DNA of 64,000 bases from Leucoraja erinacea (lineage: Eukaryota): positions 57,722,001-57,786,000 of the forward strand of contig NC_073379.1 in the NCBI RefSeq assembly GCF_028641065.1, given 5' to 3'. Every line of letters begins with the position of its first letter. Positions within the stretch are counted from its first letter, which is position 1. Of the stretch, positions 1-11,454 are shown in pieces. A model generated the notes under the pieces. The model was not told the DNA's origin. It saw only the letters and a list, made by a program, of their open reading frames with translations, and ran no database searches. Position numbers and translations under genes: made by a program.

Positions 1-279
1 CTTTCACGGTACCTTTCCAGTACACGCAAAAATATGTGCAACTCACGTGCCATCGACGCTGCTTCAAGCCTTCAATGACAACGGTCTATAAAGGTAGCAG
101 AAATTCTGCCTTTGCACTGTGGACTGTGTGCATGTGCTGCGCAGTGCAAGTTTCTTGGCGGATTTTTCAAACATGGATTGTCATTATCTTAAGAGTATCT
201 TAAGAAACAAAGAGAGAAGAATGAAGTTTGTGTACAAATAATGTGGTAAGTAAATTTCTTTGAGCAATATGTTTTTAAA

Positions 280-360
280 TACCGTAATTCCCGGCAATGA
301 AGACGCTATTTTTTACCCGAAAAATAAGACACAAAAATTTACCTGCGTCTTGGAGGCCTA
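280..360 (+). mobile_element. Terminal fragment of a TcMar (Tc2-like) DNA transposon
   Basis: TA followed by CCGTAATTCCCGGCAATGAAGACGC, with an inverted GCGTCTT motif downstream; resembles CCGTA-type TIRs. No partner end found. Confidence 0.4.
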
Positions 361-559
361 AGGTTAGGTTGTTAGCCAAGAAAGGTAGACTTGGCTATCC
401 CTCAGTACAGCACCATCAAGAACAAGTTTACAGTACTGAGGGACAGCCAAGGCTATCCCTCATTGCTGGCAGCTGATGGGAAGGCTGTAAAGTGGAACAG
501 TGTTCCTTTCACAGTGTGTGGGGAGTCTGGCCTGGGTCAGTACAGGCAGAATCATTGTG

Positions 560-953
560 AAATCTCATCTTAGAAGCAGATGCAGCAGGGATGGAGGAAT
601 TAAGAGTAGTGGATAACATCTTTGCAAGCAGCAGGGTGGGAAGAGTTGTAGTCCAGTAGGCTGTGGGAGTTGGTAGGTTTGTAGTTGACGTCAGTCAATA
701 TCGTTCTGTGATGGAGACAGGGAGATGAAGAAAGGAGAGAGAGGTGAAAAGGATAGTCCAGGTGAATTTGAAAGCAGGGTGGACGTTAGTGGTGAAGTTA
801 ATAAAGGCAATGGGTTCTGCACAAGTGCAGGAGGTATCCCTGATATAGTCGTCGATGTAGCAGAGAAACATTTAAGGGATAGGGACAGTGTACACTTGGA
901 ATAAGGACTGTTTGACATAACCAACAAAAAGGCAGGCATAGCTGGGGCCCATA
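560..953 (-). mobile_element. Penelope-like retroelement RT fragment (degenerate)
   Basis: Minus strand reads MGPSYACLFVGYVKQSLFQ...(stop)...CYIDD, which are Penelope RT motifs. Confidence 0.8.
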
Positions 954-1208
954 TGATCAAAGTTACTAGAGCGGAGCAAGATGGATCACTCCGCGAAAAA
1001 TCCGTAATAGCTAATGAGTAATCTTCAGCGCCATTTCCGTAACCGGCTTCTGTCATGGCTGCGTCCACATCTACAAGTGGAGCGTACTGCTCTGCTATAA
1101 TTAGCTCGAATCGCCAAATGTAGGCAACCCGACCTGTCTTTCTTCAGGTTCCCCACGAAAAACGAAAGGTGAGAAAAAATGTATTACTTTCTGTAGTGTA
1201 ATGAAAAT

Positions 1209-1314
1209 ATTATTTAGCCTGCCCGATCTCTCCCTACAGCTCAGATAGTCGACTCGTTGCCAGGACTCGACTATCTGAGCTATCAAGTGGGAGAGATCGG
1301 GCAGGCTAAATAAT
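1209..1314. repeat. Long inverted repeat (26-bp and 15-bp perfect arms)
   Basis: ATTATTTAGCCTGCCCGATCTCTCCC 1209-1234 pairs with 1289-1314; AGCTCAGATAGTCGA 1238-1252 pairs with 1267-1281. Confidence 0.95.
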
Positions 1315-1435
1315 GTAATTTCTTTCTGCCTCTCATACGAATTCAGCTGAATATCTGGACCATAGATCGTAGAAGGGACTATGATCTTTGATCTAGACTC
1401 TGGTTGGTTATCCTTGGTTCTGAAAACTATTGCTT

Positions 1436-1775
1436 GCTTTTTTTTTTCTCCTAATGAGCTAATGAAATTCACCGGTCAGCACCGGCTACAGCCTACGCAA
1501 ACCTAAGAGAACCTTTGACCTCCTGGCAACCCACTAGGACCTCCTTGCGACCCACCTACGGCTCGAGAATTCTCGCTACTCTCCATGGCGGCTTCATTCT
1601 ATTCGCCGCTAATTTTTCAACATGTTGAAAAATTCTCGGCGACCATAATAAGGCTGCGACTAGTTCCCAGAATGTGGGAACTCTTCACGACCATGAAGGT
1701 GATTCCTCCGCAACCACCAGCGAACATGTGGCGAACATGTGGCGACTGCAAAGTCTCCTGCAGTCGACAGGCCCA
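1436..1775 (-). mobile_element. Partial Harbinger-type non-autonomous element, same family as 6751-7302, opposite orientation
   Basis: Reverse complement matches about 6751-7060; ends ..GACAGGCCCA|TTA with a deletion inside the TIR. Confidence 0.75.
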
Positions 1776-1859
1776 TTAGGATCACGTCTAGCCAACAGGC
1801 TGCCTATCAAGGAACCTCTCTGCCTGAGGTCATCTTTTGCCAGTCCTGGTTTGTCCTGA

Positions 1860-2001
1860 TCTTTTCTTGCTTCCAGTTCCAACCCACTCCCCCTCCCTCC
1901 CCGCACAATCAGTCTGAAGAAGGATCCCAACCCGAAACGTCACCTATCCATTTTCTTCAGAATGCTCCCCGACCCATTGAGTTACTGCTGCGTTTTGTGT
2001 C
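1860..2001 (+). mobile_element. Penelope pseudo-LTR fragment with hammerhead-ribozyme-like core (1914-1941)
   Basis: CTGAAGA-AGGATCCCAACCC-GAAACGTC followed by the ..TGAGTTACT..TTTTGTGTC tail shared with copies at about 7885, 8765, 14157, 24030, 40740 and 54651. Confidence 0.7.
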
Positions 2002-2704
2002 CAGTTCTGAAGATAATCTCATTTCAGTCTTAGTACATTTTCAGCATATTCATCCATCAACATAGTTTAAATTATAGGATGACCTACATGATGACTGTGA
2101 TTTTAACATTAATCATATATCTTAACAACTTTTTTCATTGATTTATGAATAGAAAGCCCCACATTAAAACTTCCTCTTGAAATATTCTAATTGTTTCGGT
2201 GTTCTCCACTAGCTAGTATGACTTGTAATATTTGTTTATTGCAATGCGATGCTGGTAACTCTCATTTCCAATCTACAGTATTGGTCAAATGCTTAAACTT
2301 GTAGAATTCCACTTTAAGCAAATTTTATCAGCTTTAAGCAAACCATGTGTAAGCTTAGTGTTTTTTTCTGCTTTATGTGAATAATGTATAATCTCTTACT
2401 GCAAACATGTGCTATTTTGTCTGCTTGAGGAATTAAATTGAATTACAGACATAATATTTGTTGGGTTCATACCTGTGAGCATTTCAAGTTGCCCATCCTT
2501 ATTTCGCAAAGGCTTGGAGTAGTGGCAGAGAAAAGGGCTTTAAATCCTCCAGTCTACCTGGATTTGGATCTTTGTGATGCAGTGGGTAATCATTCAGCAC
2601 GAAGATCAATCAAGCATCGCACAATGACTGGTTTCTACATATGATGGTTGTAGCTTAATAAAAAAACGTGTGAATTTCCTGTTGATCTTCTGTTTGGTTA
2701 ACAG

Positions 2705-2813
2705 GGACAGCCCGGTTGTGCAGGGAAATTCCATCCTTGCCTTAACAGGACTTGCTGTGACGGTGGCCAAATATGAAAGTAGCTTGCCATCCGAAGTCAA
2801 CGATGTCCCTGAA
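2705..2813 (+). CDS. FOCAD: FOCAD exon w1 (DSPVVQGNSILALTGLAVTVAKYESSLPSEVNDVPE)
   Basis: Acceptor ttaacag|G; donor GAA|gtaggt; 109 nt; ends phase 0, matching w2. Confidence 0.92.
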
Positions 2814-3221
2814 GTAGGTATATTCCACTGGTGGTTTCAGAAATTATTATTGCATCTTTTTGTTCTCGGCATTTGGGGATAGATTTTATTTAGTGAGCTA
2901 AAAGAATGCAATTGGCCCACCTCTGGCCCTTGGTCCCAGTCCTCCCAAACCCATGGTAACCCACAGTTTTTCAAAAAGCAGACATCATAGACATTCATGT
3001 TGAGGATTGAAAAAGGACTTGCATAATGCATTAGCCACCAAATTTAGAAAGAACAGGCGAGGGAGTAAAATTTGTACACAGGCAACAAATCCAGTAACCA
3101 AGAATATCCTTCTGCTTTAATATATTGAGTATACCTAATTTATATAGAGTGAAATGCATGAAATTTCTCATGAGAACATCAGAAATAGGAGCAGGAATAA
3201 GCCATTTGGTCCTTTGATTGA

Positions 3222-3525
3222 AAGATACAGCATGTAACTGGCTCTCGGCCCACTGTATCCATGCCAACCATCGATCACCTGTTCACACTAGTTCTGTTAT
3301 CCCACTTTTGCATCCACTCCCACCACACTAAGGGCAGTTTATAGAGGCCAATTCACCTACAAACCTACAAATCTTTGGGATGCAGGAGGAAAACAGAGCA
3401 CCCAGAGGAAACCCACACAATAATGTATTATCCCTTACTACAAAAATGTCCAAACGTTTCAGGGAGAACATGCAAGCTTCACACAGACAGCATCCAATGT
3501 CAAGATTGAACATGGTTCTCTGGCA
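3222..3525 (-). mobile_element. V-SINE (HE1-like), degenerate
   Basis: Reverse-complement similarity to the SINE at 57558-57848 (V core and tail). Confidence 0.7.
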
Positions 3526-4012
3526 CTTGCCCTTGGTAGTGTTTTCATTTTGTGTATTGGCCTTTAAAAGTTCTGGGCATCTGTTTTTATATATCTCATT
3601 GTTTGCTCTCTTTATTTTCCTTTCTTTGTCATTTTATGGACATCTTTTGTTAAATTCTAAAATACTACCAATCTTCATGTTTAGTGGCCGTCTGGCATCT
3701 TTATATACATTTTCCTTAAAATTAATACAACCTTTAATTTCCCCTCTGATCCTTCATTGGACTAGTTTACTGATATGGCTTTGTGCCATCAAGGAATTGA
3801 TATTTGCTGCAAATCATGTGTTGTTATTTTAACAGCTGCCATTGCCTGTCAACTTTAATATAGTTTTCCAATCTATCCCAGCCAACCTCCCCCCTGTTTT
3901 CAGAATGAACTTCCAGCACCTTTGAACTTAATTCTGTCATATTACAATCACTTTTTCTTTTAAGCTCCTAGATAAAATGATTATTTTTCTGACCCTTTAT
4001 CGTTGCACAGTA

Positions 4013-4341
4013 CAGGTAGCTCTGCGATTGTTACATTCCTAAGAAGCTTTGTGTTATAGAAAATCGCAAATCAAAACAATTTTGTTGATTGGGGAAGGAG
4101 GGTTAGGGCTAGAGAGTTCCAGATTCACAATAACAGGGATTCTTCCCCTATTCTGTTTAACTCCAAAATAGCCTTTTTTCTGCTTGTCAATTTCCAAAGG
4201 AACTTTTATGTGGTTCTCTAATTCCTGATCAAAATTGCGTTATAACCAATTCAGCTGCATAATGCAAATAATGTTCCCCACCTCATCACTGGGGCTGTAT
4301 CCAATTTGTGTTATGAAAACGCCTTATAGCAGAACTACCTG
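4013..4341. mobile_element. Tigger/pogo-type MITE
   Basis: TIRs CAGGTAGCTCTGC / GCAGAACTACCTG flanked by TA duplications (4011-4012, 4342-4343). A second partial copy ends at 14424. Confidence 0.8.
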
Positions 4342-4580
4342 TATTAAATCTAAATATAGCCTGTTCCCTCAGCAGTTTCTCAACACAGTGATCTAGAAAT
4401 CCATCTCAGATATACTTTAGGGTTCTACCCTCTACTTTGTTGATACTAATTTGATTTATCCTCTCTAATATAAGGGTAAAGTGTTTAATAGGGTTTTCTT
4501 AACATTTAATATATTATCAAAAAATGGTGGAGGAGATATTATCTGTGCACGGGTTACACTCTGAATTATCACTTGTGCAG

Positions 4581-4697
4581 ATCGGGGCCGATGTCTTGCC
4601 AACAAAGCATTGGATATCCATGGTGGTGGAGACGCTGCTGAGCATTGTCGACAGCTGCTACCGTCCAAAGGGACGCATTTTCCCATGGTTCCAACAT
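4581..4697 (+). CDS. FOCAD: FOCAD exon w2 (IGADVLPTKHWISMVVETLLSIVDSCYRPKGRIFPWFQH)
   Basis: Acceptor tgtgcag|; donor |gtaagt; 117 nt; phase 0/0. Confidence 0.93.
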
Positions 4698-4806
4698 GTA
4701 AGTTCTTTCTTGGACAAACAATAATGTATGCAATCCTGAATAATTGGACATGGCAGTAAAGGTGTGCCATGTATTAAACTAGTTTGTGTGACATGAACCA
4801 GATCTG

Positions 4807-5097
4807 TAGTTTAGTTTTGAACTACAGCGCGGACACAGGCCCTTCAGCTCACCGAGTCCGTGCAAACCAGCGATTCCCCGCACACTAATACTATCCTACA
4901 CGCACTAGGGACAATCTCCGGGTACTCCGGTTTCCTCCCGCACTCCAAAGGCGTATAGGTTTATGAGTTAATTGGCTTGGTAAAACTGTAAATTGCCCCT
5001 GATGTGTGTAGGATAGTGTTAGTGTGTAGTGTGCGGGGATCATTGGTTGGCGTGAACTCAGTGGGCCGAAGGACCTGTTGAGCTAAACTAAACTAAA
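4807..5097. mobile_element. Two V-SINE 3' fragments in inverted arrangement
   Basis: 4807-4915 is the approximate reverse complement of 4992-5097; (TAAAC)n tails point outward. Confidence 0.8.
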
Positions 5098-5659
5098 GGA
5101 AGCTATAGAGGCAGGTACGATTATCATGTTCAAAATATTTGGACAGACTTCTGGATGAAGATGGTTTGGAGGGATATGGCCAAATGCAGGTGAATGGGAC
5201 TAATCTGGAAAGATATCTTGGTCAGCATGGCCAACTTATACCTAAGAGCTTGTTTCTGTGTTCTCTATGACTATGTCATTTGTAAAGCCAAATAATCAAA
5301 ACCTTTCTGAATTTCTGAGGACAAAGTGAAAAAGCCTAACGGAAATCTTCTGAGAAAGTTGATTGAGATCATGTGTTGACCACAAAGGAACCTTTGAATT
5401 TCAGAACCTTGTGTAGCAGGGAACATTATTTTTGCAATTATTCAAATAAAAGTGAAAACATAAGCTCCAAAGTAAAATTAATTATCTTCATTTAGTTTTT
5501 GGTGTTTTGCTATTCATTTAAGTGCAGTCATGGAAAGAAAGTTGCCTAAAGAAACTATGTCTGTTTTCGGCGATATTGTTTTTTTTGGAGGCTGCAGTGT
5601 GATCAAAGAGACAAGATTGGTGAACAGACTGGTGAACTTCCTGATGCATTTACTGTAAA

Positions 5660-6200
5660 ATGAGGTCTTCCGTTCCAGGACTGAAATGTCCTCCTTTTCC
5701 AGGAAGGGTGGCTTTCCTTCCACTGTGATTGAAGGAGCCCTCCATTACATTATCTCTTTCCCTAACATTGTCTGTCAGCCCACCTCACTCCAGAGTTAGA
5801 GATCCCTGAGACCACTCCTCTCCAACCCCTGTTCATTGACACATTTCCCTGCAACCACAGGAGATGCATCATTTGTTATCACAACTCCGCCTTCGCCCCC
5901 ACCCAGAGGCCCAAGCAGCTCATCCAGGTGAGCAAAGATTCACAAACACCTCCGCCACTCATAGTGCTGCCGATGTGGCCTCTATATTGGTGTGAATAAG
6001 CACAGACTAGTCGACCATTTTGCAGAGCACTTACAGCTCTGCAGTGACCATCCCCTGCTCTCAGTTGCATCATTTCAATTCTGTCCATCCTCTGCAGTCT
6101 CCACTGCCAGGATGAGACCCAAGGCAAACTAGAGGACCTTATTTTCCACCTGGGTATTCCACAACCCAATAGTATGAACAGTTTTATGTGACCCTATCCT
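5660..6200 (+). mobile_element. Penelope-like element, GIY-YIG endonuclease region (degenerate)
   Basis: Frameshifted CRCGLYIG..HRLVDHFAEH motif at about 5967-6030. Confidence 0.7.
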
Positions 6201-6750
6201 CTGGCATCATCCTCCAGTACCCCATTTTTCCTGCTTCACTTCCCACCCCCCATCCCCACCATATGGGTCTGGTTCCATCTGCCATCTCTCCATCATTACC
6301 TTCCTTATTTATCAGATGTCAGGAATGGCACCTCTAATAATGTACACTCCCTCCCATTCCATTGATTTTGGTTGTGTGAGCTCAGCTTTGGAGGTGTGTG
6401 AAATCACTGAAGTGAGATTGATTCTTGGCGTCTGCAACACTAATATTGAGGGCAGTGAAATGAATCAGCTGCTTAATTTGTCAGAATGAGATTGTTTATG
6501 GTGTTGACATTGGAAGTTGACGTGAGAGCTAAGAGATTATTCTCATGGTGCAGGCTTAAATCGACTCAATTGCTTACAATTTTTTTTTCTCAGTTTATGG
6601 CAGAAATGAACTGTCCGGCCAAAGGTCTGGAAATGTTTCAAGAGCAATCAAACTGTTTCCAAAAGCAAAGGGGATTGCCCTAAATAGAACAATCCATTCT
6701 GGATGCCGAGACTTCTTTAAGGAGTTCCCCGTATATTGAGGGTATAATTA

Positions 6751-7302
6751 TGGGCCCGTCCCACTTAGGCAACTGCAGGAGACTATGCGGTCGCCACATA
6801 TTCACGAGTGTTTGCCGGGTAGTCGCCATTGTGGTCGTGAGGAGTTCCTGCATTCTGGGAACTAGTCGAACTAGTGGAACCTCATTATCAACGTTGAAAA
6901 TATAGCGGCGACCAGAATATAGCCGCCATGGAGAATAGCGAGAATTCTCTTGCCGTAGGGACAGTGGTAGTGGGTTGCCAGGAGGTCGAAGGTTGTGGTA
7001 GGTTCTAGTAGGTTGTAGCCAGTGCTGACCGGTGAATATCATTGGCTCATTGGGGGAAAAAGGATAACCGACCGGTGATGTTAATGTCCGCCGAGTAGTT
7101 TTCAGAACCAAGGATAACCGACCGGTAATGTTAATGCCCGCCGAGCTTCACAGCTGTGTATCTCTGGCTTCTTAAAAGTTGTCTCCACTCCTTCTCCCCT
7201 CTCCCCCCCCTCTTTTAAAGGACTTACGTGACCCTTCCCGTACACTGTGATTTGACAGTTGCCGGCAGTCGCCTGAAAAATCACCTAAGTGGGACAGGCC
7301 CT
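6751..7302 (+). mobile_element. PIF/Harbinger-type non-autonomous DNA transposon
   Basis: TIRs TGGGCCCGTCCCACTTAGG / CCTAAGTGGGACAGGCCCT; 3-bp TTA TSD at 6748-6750 and 7303-7305; internal direct duplication at about 7060-7145. Confidence 0.85.
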
Positions 7303-7679
7303 TTAGGCTCTATTCATGGCGACAGTCAACCACGATATTGTCAGCACAAGCATAGTCCCATCCACAGTTGTGAAAGAGCTGGTTAATTAAAGTACAATTA
7401 TTTTTTTAATAACTATTTTGTTAAAGTCCTAAACTTAGGCAATGTTTGCATTAATTTATTTGGAGTATCCTGGTTAAAATTTCTTAATGAAGGAAACAGT
7501 TTTAATAAATATTCTTTTCATATATCTCGTAAAATACACCCTCATATATTGCATAAAGACCATCTTATTTGACATTAATGTAAGAACATCTTGAGTTTAT
7601 GTCAAATTTAAAACGCAATGCTAGAACAGCTCCAATATAACAAAGCCACAAAAGCAGGGGAGCATAGGGGAATCCCACC

Positions 7680-7962
7680 TCCCTTCCCTATTCCTTTCCC
7701 CATTTCCACCTGTATCCCTTCCTCTGGTTTGACATTTCACTCCTCTTCTCATCTGACATCATTTTCCCTTTTCATCTCTGGCTTTTGTCCACCCATCTGC
7801 CAATCACCTCTCCCCTTCCCTCACTTGTCAGTCTTTTGTCCCAACCCCACCGCTTTTCCAGCTTTCTCCCCTCTTGACTACAATCTGTGTGAAGAAGGGT
7901 CCCTATCCGAAACACTGCCTATCCATGACCCGCTGAGTTACTCCAGCACTTTGTGTCCTTAT
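7680..7962 (+). mobile_element. Penelope pseudo-LTR (hammerhead core mutated)
   Basis: Pyrimidine-rich body, then GTGAAGAAGGGTCCCTATCCGAAAC and GCTGAGTTACTCCAGCACTTTGTGTC. Confidence 0.7.
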
Positions 7963-8761
7963 TGAGGGGAAAGAAATGGATTGGTCAAAGGAAAAGGATT
8001 TTTAAAGAGTGAGATAAAGAAAGAAAGGGAGTCTGGGATGATCAGAGAGGGAATCACAAAATTCAGAGCCTTGACTGTTGATGCCAAAAAAATGGAAACT
8101 GGTGATATGCAAGAGACCTAAATTGAAGAGAAGTAGTGAATTTGTTAAGTTGCGTGCTGGAGGAGATTATATTTGGATGGATGAGGAAATGGGATCTAAA
8201 ATGAAGTAAAATAATTTAAAGTCTCAGTGCTGACACTTTAAGTTATCATGCATGCAGCAAGCTGTGAAAATTCTTACACTGACGACAGAGTTTTGGACAA
8301 GCTTAAAGTGGGAAATTAGGAGGCTGGCCATGTGAATAGTTGTATTTCGGAGGTACCGAGATGAGACAAAGATGATCTTTGAGGAAAAGATGACGTTTCT
8401 GGCGATATTAGAGTGGCGCTTATATCCCGTCAAATGCCAGTTCCAAGAGAGGGATTGGAAGTAGGCACTAGGTAGCAGGGACTGAAGGCAATGTCTTTTG
8501 ACTTCAGAATACGGAATGGGAGAGGTTTCTTATCATCCAGTTCTGCAAGTAGAATGTCTAATTGGAGACAGTCGCTGGTGAAATAGCTGGGGTTTGCCGC
8601 CATACAAGTACAGCCTAGAATCACTTTTTTAGTTGATGTTGCTGAGATGCACCAGACACAGGAAATAAGGCAAGGACTGATCTTTGGAGAAATTCAGAAC
8701 ATAAGAAATAAAAGAAGCTATTTCATGTTATTATCTAGCTCTGACTGGGCTGATAAAATGG

Positions 8762-8852
8762 AATATACAAAAAGTTGGAGTAACTCAGCGGGACAGGCAG
8801 CATCTCTGGTGAGAAGGAATGGGTGACGTTTCGGGTCGAGACCTTTCTTCAG
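8762..8852 (-). mobile_element. Penelope pseudo-LTR end with intact hammerhead core on the minus strand
   Basis: Reverse complement of 8821-8852 is CTGAAGA-AA-GGT-CTCG-ACC-C-GAAACGTC-ACCC. Confidence 0.75.
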
Positions 8853-9279
8853 CGCAGTTCCACGCACCTGAATGGAGGAGAATGGTTTGGTCATTCTGGT
8901 CTCGGGTGGAGGGTGCGGTAAGATTGAGAATGACAAGGAGGAATATTTCATTTTATGGGGTGATTATAATCATAGGCCAGGGCCACGAAGCTGCTGCTGC
9001 CGCAGCCCCTCACTACGTCCTTCACCGACCGCATCCCCGATTGATTCCAACCCAGGTCTGCCGACACTACCGCCCTTCCTCGCAACCTTCCCAATCAGTC
9101 CCAAGGCAGGCCTGCGGACCTTCACTGCATTCCCGGTCACGCCCAAGCAGGGCCGGCAATGCCAACACTACTGCCGATCTTTGCTTGCCACTGGCAGGCC
9201 GGGGTCGTCGACTCAACTGGGTTCCAGGCCCGGGTGCCTCCAACTGTCACATGGACTGACTCTCCTGGATCCTTCTGCC

Positions 9280-10415
9280 ATCCATTTCAAACAGGGAACC
9301 TCTATAATGGCACCACTTGCTGCTCTTCCCCTGCACCAACCATGACCTTCCTCTTTCCGATGCAGTCCTCAGCAGAGGCCCAACCTTTGTACCCCTACGA
9401 CCACTTCTCAATGTGCTCTGAGCCTGCCATGATGCTGAGCTCCTCTTCTGTCGCATCTGCCTCTGGCCTTTATTTGTGGAAAGAAGTCCTCACTTCCCAG
9501 TGACGACCCCTTCTCCCATCTCCAACATTCTGTCACTTCTTGGTCCCCTTCCCGCCAGCCCTCTTCCCTCTCTGGACCTTTTTATTTCCAACTGTTGGCA
9601 TGACATTAACCATCTTGATTTCTCCACTCACCTTACCCACTACAATCTCACCCCCTCTGAACGCTCATCAGTAACAATCCCAACATAGTTACTAAACCTG
9701 CCGACAAGTGAGGTGCTGTTGTCATCTGGTAGGCTGACCTCAACCGCGCTGAGGCCAGGCGCCAGCTCCCTGACACCTCCTCATACCGACCCCTTGACCA
9801 TGACCCCACGCACCAACACCAGGCCATCATCGCCCAGAATGTTACTGATCTCATCATCTCTGGTGATCTCCCTTCCACAGTCTTCACTCACACTGGTTCC
9901 CAGCCCTGCACTGCCTGCATCTATCTCCTTCCCCAAATCCACAAGCGGAGCTGCCCTAGCAGACCCATTGTTCCTGCCTACAGAATCCATCACCAATACC
10001 TTGATTCCACCCTATTCCCCCTCATCCTGTCCCTTCTGACGAGACACCTCACATGCCCTTCAACTCTTCAGTAACTTTATATTTCTGGGCCCTCATCTTT
10101 ACCATGGACGGCCTGTCCATTTTCATCTCCATCGTCCATCAGAAAGGTCTCAAGGCCCTCTGACTCTTCCATGAATAGAGACACAATCAGTTTCCCACTA
10201 CTAACACTCTCCTTCGTCTGGTGAAACTTTTCATCACACTTAACCACCTCTCTTGACTACTCTTACTTTCTTCAATTTAAAGATGCAGTCATGGGCACTT
10301 GCATTGGCCCTAGCTATGCCTGACTTTTTGTTGGTTATGTTGAAAAGTCCTTGTTTCAAACGTTCACTGGTACCATCTCCCAACTCTTTTTGCACTACAT
10401 TGACGACTGCATCTC
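9280..10415 (+). mobile_element. Penelope-like element RT region (degenerate)
   Basis: Frameshifted motifs KPADK*GAVV, FPKSTS..RPIV, MGTCIGPSYA*LFVGYVEKSLF, YIDD. Confidence 0.85.
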
Positions 10416-10849
10416 TAATACCTGGCTGGCATCTTAATTTAGTTATCCACAACTTAATTATAGCCACCATTCCAACCAGTTTGCATATATGTCTCCCAAT
10501 TACATAACATTTCTTTGGGCATTAAGTTAGTGAATGGAAAACCTTGCAGTCATTTAGCTATCTTTGGCATTCCTCGCAGGTGTTTGGAACTCATCAGAGG
10601 GTAAAATGCGTGTTTGTTTCATCATTTCATTCACCACCCAGCACATATGTTCACATCTCAATTTATTCAGCTTACCACACAGGTAAATTTGGGCATTTTA
10701 AGCAAAGGATGAAAACTTAGTTATGTACAACCAGAGTTGATCCAGTGGATTTCCCAAAGTGAAAACAAACCATATTCTCCTTATCGTAGTCAAAATTCCT
10801 TCCTCAAACAAAATCAGTGTTTTAAAATCAGTGGATTCCTTTCTAAAGT

Positions 10850-11060
10850 GTAGATATTATTACCATCAAGGCAGAGTATTGTTGGTAAGCAAACAGCATA
10901 CCAATGGATGGTAAATCAAAAGGATCAGCAGATAAACTGTGATGGTGTTGTTTCAGGATGCAATTTTGACTAGGATGTAGGGAGAATATTGTTCTTAATT
11001 TTGGTTTTAACTTATTATTTAAAAGACAGCACCTCTGATAATACAGGGCCCTGTAATTTT
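10850..11060 (-). mobile_element. Highly decayed Deu-domain SINE remnant
   Basis: Reverse complement contains TCAGAGGTGCTGTCTTTTAAATAATAAGTTAAAACC, resembling the Deu-domain consensus as I recall it. Confidence 0.4.
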
Positions 11061-11454
11061 CAGCCAAGAGCATTTTGTTTGCAGTACGTGCAACAGAGGG
11101 CTTGCTGACGATCTTTCATCTTAATTAGAGATTACAAATTGTCAACAGGAAGAGGAAGCAGTGTCATAAATGGCAGCTTTCTGTTGTGAGCAGACTTCAT
11201 GCCACAGGAATATGTCTTGGATTCCTATAGCAAAACATGTCAGAATTGTATGCATAGCTTTCTTCCATTTAATAAGCTTGAGACTTTCTTTTCCGAGAGT
11301 GACTACAATTAAGCTTTTTCAACTTGTAGTTGTGTATCACCTCTTAAAGCAGAAAATCATAATAAGCATCTGCACAGAGTCTTGACACATTGAAATATAG
11401 GAAAGAATAAATTTTAATGAGTTCTTCACTAAAACCATTTTATGGCTTTCACAG

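Noticed and set aside
181-252. Possible upstream FOCAD exon ending at a strong donor (TG|gtaagt at about 245)
   Set aside because: The open frame (EYLKKQREKNEVCVQIMW) does not resemble the FOCAD sequence I expect before ESPVV, and no clear acceptor was found.
7965-8700. Possible old L2-like LINE remnant on the minus strand
   Set aside because: Too decayed to support with specific motifs by eye.
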